A stretch of 42,832 nucleotides of DNA, from assembly GCA_032125995.1 (NCBI GenBank), contig JAQBBQ010000139.1:1-42832 (forward strand). The letters run 5' to 3'. Under the pieces are notes generated by a model that made no database searches, was not told the origin of the DNA, and saw only the letters and a program-made list of their open reading frames with translations. This DNA is from Betaproteobacteria bacterium. GTDB lineage: Bacteria > Pseudomonadota > Gammaproteobacteria > Burkholderiales > SG8-39. The position numbers and the translations under genes were made by a program. Of this stretch, positions 37,523-42,832 are shown piece after piece. Within the stretch, counting starts at the first letter, position 1. Every line of letters starts with the position of its first letter.

Positions 37523-38728
37523 ATGACCACATCGATTCTCGCCGACATCCAGATGGCGCCGCGCGACCCCATCCTGGGCGTCACCGAAAGCTTTAACGCC
37601 GATCCCAACCCGAACAAGGTCAACCTCGGCGTCGGCGTCTATTACGACGATGCCGGCAAGGTGCCGCTGCTCGAGTGCGTGAAGCGGGCTGAAACGCTGC
37701 GCATGGAAACGGCACCGAACCGCGGCTATCTGCCGATCGATGGTCTCGCGACCTACGATCACGCTGTCCAGGCGCTCGTCTTCGGCGCCGACGCGGAAGC
37801 CGTGCGTGCCAAGCGCATCGTGACGGTGCAGGCGCTCGGCGGGACCGGCGCCCTCAAAGTAGGCGCGGATTTCCTGCGCCACGTCGACCCGCAGGCAACG
37901 ATCTGGATCAGCAATCCCAGCTGGGAGAATCATCGCGCGCTGTTCGAGTCCGTCGGCTTTGCCGTCGACGCCTACCCGTACTACGACGCCAAGACCCACG
38001 GTCTGGACTTCGCCGCCATGGTCGGCGCGCTCGAGGCGATGCCCGCCGGGGCGATCGTCGTGCTGCATGCCTGCTGCCACAATCCAACCGGCGTCGACCT
38101 GAACGCAGAGCAGTGGGGCCGCGTGATCGAGATCGTGAAGGCGCGTGCGCTGGTGCCCTTTCTGGATCTCGCCTACCAGGGCTTCGCCGACGGCATCGAC
38201 ACCGACGGCGCGATCGTCCGGCGCTTTGCCGAGGCCATGTCACCGGTCTTGGTCGCAAGCTCGTTTTCCAAGTCATTCTCGCTGTACGGCGAACGCGTCG
38301 GTGCGCTCAGCATCCTTACTGCGAGCGCCGAGGAGGCCGCGCGCGTACTGAGTCAGATCAAGCGCATCGTGCGCACCAATTACTCCAATCCGCCGACCCA
38401 TGGCAGCCAGGTGGTGGCCACGATCCTGACGACGCCGGCGCTGCGCGCCCTGTGGGAACAGGAGCTCGGCGGCATGCGCGATCGCATCAAGGCGATGCGC
38501 GGGGCGCTGGTCGACAAGATTCACGCCTGCGCGCCGGGCGCAGATTTCTCCTTCGTGCTCGCGCAGCGCGGCATGTTCTCGTACTCGGGCCTGAGCAAGT
38601 CACAGGTTGATCGCCTGCGCGAGGAATTCTCGATCTATGCGATCGATACCGGGCGGATCTGCGTCGCCGCGCTGAGGACCGCGAACGTCGAAACCGTGGC
38701 CGACGCGATTGCGCAGGTGATCCGCTAG
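37523..38728 (+). CDS. tyrB: Aromatic amino acid / aspartate aminotransferase
   Basis: PRDPILG, KVNLGVGVY, HACCHNPTG, DLAYQGF, SFSKSFSLYGERVG. Confidence 0.93.
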   Translation: MTTSILADIQMAPRDPILGVTESFNADPNPNKVNLGVGVYYDDAGKVPLLECVKRAETLRMETAPNRGYLPIDGLATYDHAVQALVFGADAEAVRAKRIVTVQALGGTGALKVGADFLRHVDPQATIWISNPSWENHRALFESVGFAVDAYPYYDAKTHGLDFAAMVGALEAMPAGAIVVLHACCHNPTGVDLNAEQWGRVIEIVKARALVPFLDLAYQGFADGIDTDGAIVRRFAEAMSPVLVASSFSKSFSLYGERVGALSILTASAEEAARVLSQIKRIVRTNYSNPPTHGSQVVATILTTPALRALWEQELGGMRDRIKAMRGALVDKIHACAPGADFSFVLAQRGMFSYSGLSKSQVDRLREEFSIYAIDTGRICVAALRTANVETVADAIAQVIR

Positions 38729-38743
38729 GCCACGCGGCTGAGG

Positions 38744-40114
38744 TCAGCGGCAGCCGGCCTGGCCTTCGAGCAGGCTGCCGGCGGCCGCCCCCAACGCCGT
38801 GCCCACACCGGGCAGGAGCAGTGTGCCGATGATGGCGCCGAGGGACATCGCCCGGGAGGGCGTCGCGACGGGGTTCGACGTCGTCCCGGAGAGCTTTACC
38901 GGCACCTTCACCAGACCGGCGGTATTGGCGACCGCGACGTCGAGCTTTCCGGACAGTTGTTCCTTGCCGCTCACCTGGACATAGCCACCGGCGGCGAGGG
39001 CGCTCGACCGAGCGCAGAAGTCATTCACCCGGCGCACACGGCCGCGAATCTTGAGATTGCCGGTGAATTGCTCGAAGCGCGTCTCACCGCCGGCCGGGAT
39101 CTTGCCGCTGGCGACGCTCGCCGCCTTCGACAAATCCATCCCGCCGAGCGCGCCCTGATCGATCCGAAACGGCGCATCGAGAACCAAGTGATCGGCGAGC
39201 GCCTGCGCGGTCTTGGCTTTGGCGCTCAGTTTCGCTTGTGCGCTGAGGCGCCCAGAGAGCTTTGCCTCGCGCTTGAGTGCGCGCTGAAGCTTCGCGACAT
39301 CAACGCGTTTGATCTGCAGCGCGGCGTGCAGATCCCAGCGCGCGCCCCACGCAAGTGCCGCGTCGCCCGTGACCCGACCGCCGTACAGCACGGCGTGGAT
39401 CGGCTTGAACGAAAGTCTGCTGCCGCGCAAGATTCCCTGCGCCACGAGCGATCGAAAGGTCAGCCTGAGGTCTTTCACCGGAACGGCCCAGTTTTTCGCC
39501 TGCAGATCGAGTCCGATCTCGTCCGGGCCGCGCGGCGTCATGACGAGCCGGAACGTACCGTCGCGCGCGATGAACGACGCTTGCTGGAGGGCATTGCCCC
39601 GCCCGAGGCGCAGCTCGAGGTCGAACGGGGGCAGGCGCAGGGTCGAATGCTCGACCTTGACGTCCTCGAGCACGATGCGATCGATACGCAGCCCGCTGGT
39701 CGATTTGGATTGTGCAACGGGCTTATCGGCGCTGCGCTTTGACAGTCTGGTGATGATCGCGAGCCCCGATTCCGTCAGCGTCACCTTGCGCGCGCGAATC
39801 TCGTTGATGACCGGCGCGTCGCCGAACAGCGTGAGCAGCGCCGGCTTGATGCGTATGTCTTCGATGGCGATGTCGTTCGCCTTGCCGACCCGCACGCCAT
39901 GCGCCACCGCGCCCGGCGTCGGCCACAGGCTCAGGCGCAGATCGGCGAGCGCGACCGGGTGGCCCAGCCGCATCGAGGCCAGTTCGCTGATCTGCGGCAT
40001 GAAGCCTTTGAGCGGCACGACGAAAGGTGCCGCGACGATGACCAGGACAAGTAACAGAACCCCGAGGACGAGCCAGCGGAGTTTGCGCAATGACGGTCGA
40101 GCGGCCATGGACAA
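38744..40114 (-). CDS. AsmA-like protein with C-terminal glycine zipper
   Basis: N-terminal TM anchor, repeated beta-rich segments, LYGGRVTG, C-terminal PV.LSGT...P; ends GAIIGTLLLPGVGTALGAAAG. Confidence 0.7.
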   Translation of the reverse strand: MSMAARPSLRKLRWLVLGVLLLVLVIVAAPFVVPLKGFMPQISELASMRLGHPVALADLRLSLWPTPGAVAHGVRVGKANDIAIEDIRIKPALLTLFGDAPVINEIRARKVTLTESGLAIITRLSKRSADKPVAQSKSTSGLRIDRIVLEDVKVEHSTLRLPPFDLELRLGRGNALQQASFIARDGTFRLVMTPRGPDEIGLDLQAKNWAVPVKDLRLTFRSLVAQGILRGSRLSFKPIHAVLYGGRVTGDAALAWGARWDLHAALQIKRVDVAKLQRALKREAKLSGRLSAQAKLSAKAKTAQALADHLVLDAPFRIDQGALGGMDLSKAASVASGKIPAGGETRFEQFTGNLKIRGRVRRVNDFCARSSALAAGGYVQVSGKEQLSGKLDVAVANTAGLVKVPVKLSGTTSNPVATPSRAMSLGAIIGTLLLPGVGTALGAAAGSLLEGQAGCR

Positions 40115-40264
40115 GGCGATCGCGTGAGGACAGAAAGCGTAGCGCGCTTTCGCTCAGGCCGACAGGCAGAATGGCGCCTGCGCCCACGCGGACACGGCGG
40201 CAGGGTCAGGGTTTGTCAGGCGCCGGCCGTGCGGCCTGGAGGACCTACCAGGCGATCAAGTCGA

Positions 40265-41197
40265 TCAACGATCGGGCACCAGCGTCCAGCTTGCGTCCGG
40301 ATCATAGGCCTTGACCTTCGCCGCGATCTGCGCCGTCTGCGGCCCGAGATCCTTCTCGTAGACGTCGCCGTAGTGATTCACCAGGAAGCTCATGACGCCG
40401 GTGATACCGTAGTCGGCTGGATAGGCGATCAACGCGTAGCCGGCGACCATGTTGCCGTTGATCACGTAGCTGTACGCGCCACCCGGTGCTTTCGGACCCT
40501 GGCGCGTCAGGGTGCGAAAGCGATAGCCGTTGTACGGCGTTCCGGGCGTGCGCGCTGCCGCATCGACGAGCATTGGACCGATCGGGCTTTGCTCCTCGCC
40601 CTTGGACGCATCGGCCGGCCAGTACAGACCGTCGCGCGTGCCCGGTGTGCTGCGCAGCTTTTTCGCGTACCTGCGCACGCCCGTGCCGTCACGTGGCTGC
40701 GATGCGTATTGCCGCTGCGCGATCACGTACGCACGCAACGCTTCGATCGTCGTGAGCTCGTTGCGGCCAATGCGCCGGTTGAGCAACTCCTCGCGCCCGG
40801 CCGCCGCATCGAACTGCCACCCAGACGCGGTCTTTACGAGCGGAATCGAGAAGGGCCAGGCCGCGTAACCGACGATCAGCGTAACTTTCTCCGGCGTGTC
40901 CGGAAACAGCGTCAGCTGCGCCTTTGCGGCCTTCGCGAAGCTCGCGCGCCGGGCGGCGTCCTGCGTCTTGTCGGAGGTGCCGACAATGTCGCGTTGCGCG
41001 GTACCGAAGATCTTGATCAAGCCGTCTTCGTCGTTTGCCGCAGTTGTCGCAACGAGCGCCTTCGCCGCTGCCTCAGGTGAATCGAAGACCTGCGGCTCGC
41101 CGGCCGCCCACGCCAGGTCGTGCACCCCCAGCGTGAGGATGAATCCGAGCAACGTAGTCAACGCGGCAAGTGCAATCGAATGGAATGTACGCATCAT
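40265..41197 (-). CDS. DUF2950-family exported protein
   Basis: F.SPEAAA.AL, WPF.IPLV, W.FD..AG.EE...RRIGRNEL, AQR.YA, DGLYW, PY.GY.F..LT.QG..A.GGA..Y, YEKDLG. Confidence 0.88.
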   Translation of the reverse strand: MMRTFHSIALAALTTLLGFILTLGVHDLAWAAGEPQVFDSPEAAAKALVATTAANDEDGLIKIFGTAQRDIVGTSDKTQDAARRASFAKAAKAQLTLFPDTPEKVTLIVGYAAWPFSIPLVKTASGWQFDAAAGREELLNRRIGRNELTTIEALRAYVIAQRQYASQPRDGTGVRRYAKKLRSTPGTRDGLYWPADASKGEEQSPIGPMLVDAAARTPGTPYNGYRFRTLTRQGPKAPGGAYSYVINGNMVAGYALIAYPADYGITGVMSFLVNHYGDVYEKDLGPQTAQIAAKVKAYDPDASWTLVPDR

Positions 41198-41209
41198 CGT
41201 CCGAATCCG

Positions 41210-42511
41210 TCAGCGCCTGCGTCCGCCACCGCCACGGCTGCCGCCACTCGCAGAGCGCCCACCGCCGCCGCCGGAGCGCCCGCTGCTTCGGCTCGACGAG
41301 CCGCGATTGCTCGCCTCGCGCGTACGGCTACCCGACTCCATCCCGCCGAACGCGTTTCCACCCTGGGAACGACTTCCTGCCTGAGAACTGCGGTCGCGGC
41401 TGCCCGCCTGGCTTGCCTTGTCGCGACTTCCTGCCTGCGAACTGCGGTCACGGCCGCCCGCCTGGCTTCCCTTGTCGCGACTTCCCGCATCGCGTCCACC
41501 CGCGCCCTGCCCTCGGCCTCCGTCAGCCCCGCCGCGCCCGAACTGCGAGTCTCCCGCGCGCGCCTCACGCCCGCCCGCTTGCACGCGCCCGCTCGACACG
41601 TCGCCCGGCTTGCGATCGGATTTCCAGCTTTGGCCACCTTGGCCCCCGCCCTGGCGCCCGCCACCCGCGTCCTGTCGACCGCCCTGACGGTCCTTCGATC
41701 GGTCGCGCGCCGCGTCCGTACGCTGCTGATATTTCGGGTTGCTGCGGTTGGTGTTGATGTTGGTGGTTCGGTTGATGTTGACGTTGTTATTGATACCGTA
41801 GCGGCCGCCGTGGCGGCCCCAACTGAAGGCCCACGCGGTCGCCGCTCCCCAGAAAAAACCCGAGGCAAAGCGGTATCCCGCCGGATAGGGGTAGTAGTAG
41901 ACGGGGTACGGCGTCGGGTAATACGCGTAAAGGTACGAAGGCTGCACGACGATCACGGTCGCCGGCTGGTACTGCGGCACGTAGATCACTTCCGGGTCTG
42001 CCGGAATGATCGTGATGGCTGCTTCTTCTTCGCCGACGATCTGCTTGTCGTCGGTTTTCAGATTGCCCGCCGCCTCCGTCCTGCGCCGGAAGGCCTGGAC
42101 CGCATCCATCACGTCGGCTTGCTGGCTCACCACCGTTTCGCCGAGCTTTTCGGTCCAGTCGAGGTCGTCGCTCATTTTCTTCACGACCTCGGGGTAGTTG
42201 AGCAGGTTGCGCACCGGCTCGGGCAGCGACGCATCGGGTTCGAGCTTCGGATTCGCCTTGTGCTTCTCGAGGAAACGCTGCGCCTTCACGATGTCGATCG
42301 GGTACGTCGCGCTCGGCAGCACGATCGCGAGCAGGTCATCTGGATACAGCGCGATCGGCCCGATGAGCGTCTCGAGTTCGGCGGCCGAGAGCTTCGTCCC
42401 GCTTGTGCCTGCAGGCGCGCCCGACGGTGTCTGCGCGTGCACGGCGAGCGGCAGGGCAAGCAGCAGCGCCAGCAGGGCGAAGAATGTGGACCGTCGAATC
42501 GATTTGATCAA
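41210..42511 (-). CDS. DUF3300-family exported protein with long G/R/S/Q-rich tail
   Basis: L..L.GPIALYPD.LL..VL...TYP, WT..LG, DVMDAVQ..R, I.I.PADPEVIYVPQY; paired with DUF2950. Confidence 0.88.
   Translation of the reverse strand: MIKSIRRSTFFALLALLLALPLAVHAQTPSGAPAGTSGTKLSAAELETLIGPIALYPDDLLAIVLPSATYPIDIVKAQRFLEKHKANPKLEPDASLPEPVRNLLNYPEVVKKMSDDLDWTEKLGETVVSQQADVMDAVQAFRRRTEAAGNLKTDDKQIVGEEEAAITIIPADPEVIYVPQYQPATVIVVQPSYLYAYYPTPYPVYYYPYPAGYRFASGFFWGAATAWAFSWGRHGGRYGINNNVNINRTTNINTNRSNPKYQQRTDAARDRSKDRQGGRQDAGGGRQGGGQGGQSWKSDRKPGDVSSGRVQAGGREARAGDSQFGRGGADGGRGQGAGGRDAGSRDKGSQAGGRDRSSQAGSRDKASQAGSRDRSSQAGSRSQGGNAFGGMESGSRTREASNRGSSSRSSGRSGGGGGRSASGGSRGGGGRRR
41371..41485. repeat. 54-bp coding tandem duplication (9-aa units AGSRD[K/R]xSQ) in the DUF3300 tail
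   Basis: Copies at 41371-41424 and 41425-41478 with a few substitutions, plus a partial third copy. Confidence 0.85.
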
Positions 42512-42605
42512 GGCAGCGGCAGTCGGAAGTCGAGCAAACTTTCGGTGCGCATTCTAACCGTTGTTCAGAACGCGCGTGCCCATCGGTTCGAACGCCTACG
42601 AACCG

Positions 42606-42636
42606 TTGGCCGCGCACCCTCCATGTCGTATAAAAT
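42606..42636 (+). promoter_or_regulatory. sigma70 promoter of tRNA-Asn
   Basis: TTGGCC-N17-TATAAA(AT) followed by a GC-rich discriminator GCGCGG. Confidence 0.55.
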
Positions 42637-42661
42637 GCGCGGCTTCGCGCATTCCCGCGAT

Positions 42662-42737
42662 TCCCCGATAGCTCAGTTGGTAGAGCGACGGACTGTTAAT
42701 CCGCAGGTCGTAGGTTCGAGCCCTACTCGGGGAGCCA
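42662..42737 (+). tRNA. tRNA-Asn(GTT)
   Basis: TCCCCGA acceptor, anticodon loop CTGTTAA, GTTCGAGC, CCA; 76 nt. Confidence 0.98.
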
Positions 42738-42801
42738 TCTAAATCAAGTAGTTACGCCATAACCGCTCGCCGGTCTTGTGGCCGTGTATCTACCGTGTAT
42801 C
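42738..42801 (+). other. Putative att-flanking region of an element integrated at tRNA-Asn
   Basis: AATCAAGTAGTTA (exact IHF consensus) right after CCA; 9-bp direct repeat CCGTGTATC at 42782 and 42793. Confidence 0.5.
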
Positions 42802-42832
42802 CGGTGCGCGACGATTCACCAGGATCGCGCCA

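Overview
High-GC (roughly 65-70%) betaproteobacterial chromosome segment. It is mostly conserved core genome: tRNA-Leu/Cys/Gly, pgsA, uvrC, efp, the lepA-lepB-DUF4845-rnc-era-recO-pdxJ-acpS-nagZ run, rpoE-rseA-rseB-degP/mucD, yceD-rpmF-plsX-fabH-fabD-fabG-acpP-fabF, maf, S49 peptidase, Rieske protein, HAD phosphatase, rluC, rne, LMW-PTP, uvrB, tyrB and tRNA-Asn. The first ~3.5 kb look like the decaying end of an island at the tRNA-Leu(TAA) 3' end. It holds a DUF2855-like gene, a PAS-GGDEF gene with a split-off hemerythrin fragment, an SDR pseudogene, an RpfG-like regulator lacking its HD-GYP domain, and an IS30 remnant. A second island probably starts just after tRNA-Asn at the right edge. Two accessory cassettes flank tyrB: a NitT/TauT-type ABC transporter and a DUF3300-DUF2950-AsmA-like cluster. 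The most notable feature is the efp gene. It sits at the usual betaproteobacterial earP-efp position, but no earP is present, and its functional loop (HVHVGGRGGAF) is proline-free, Arg-tipped and one residue longer than in canonical EF-P. All family calls come from motif recognition and remembered synteny; no searches were run.
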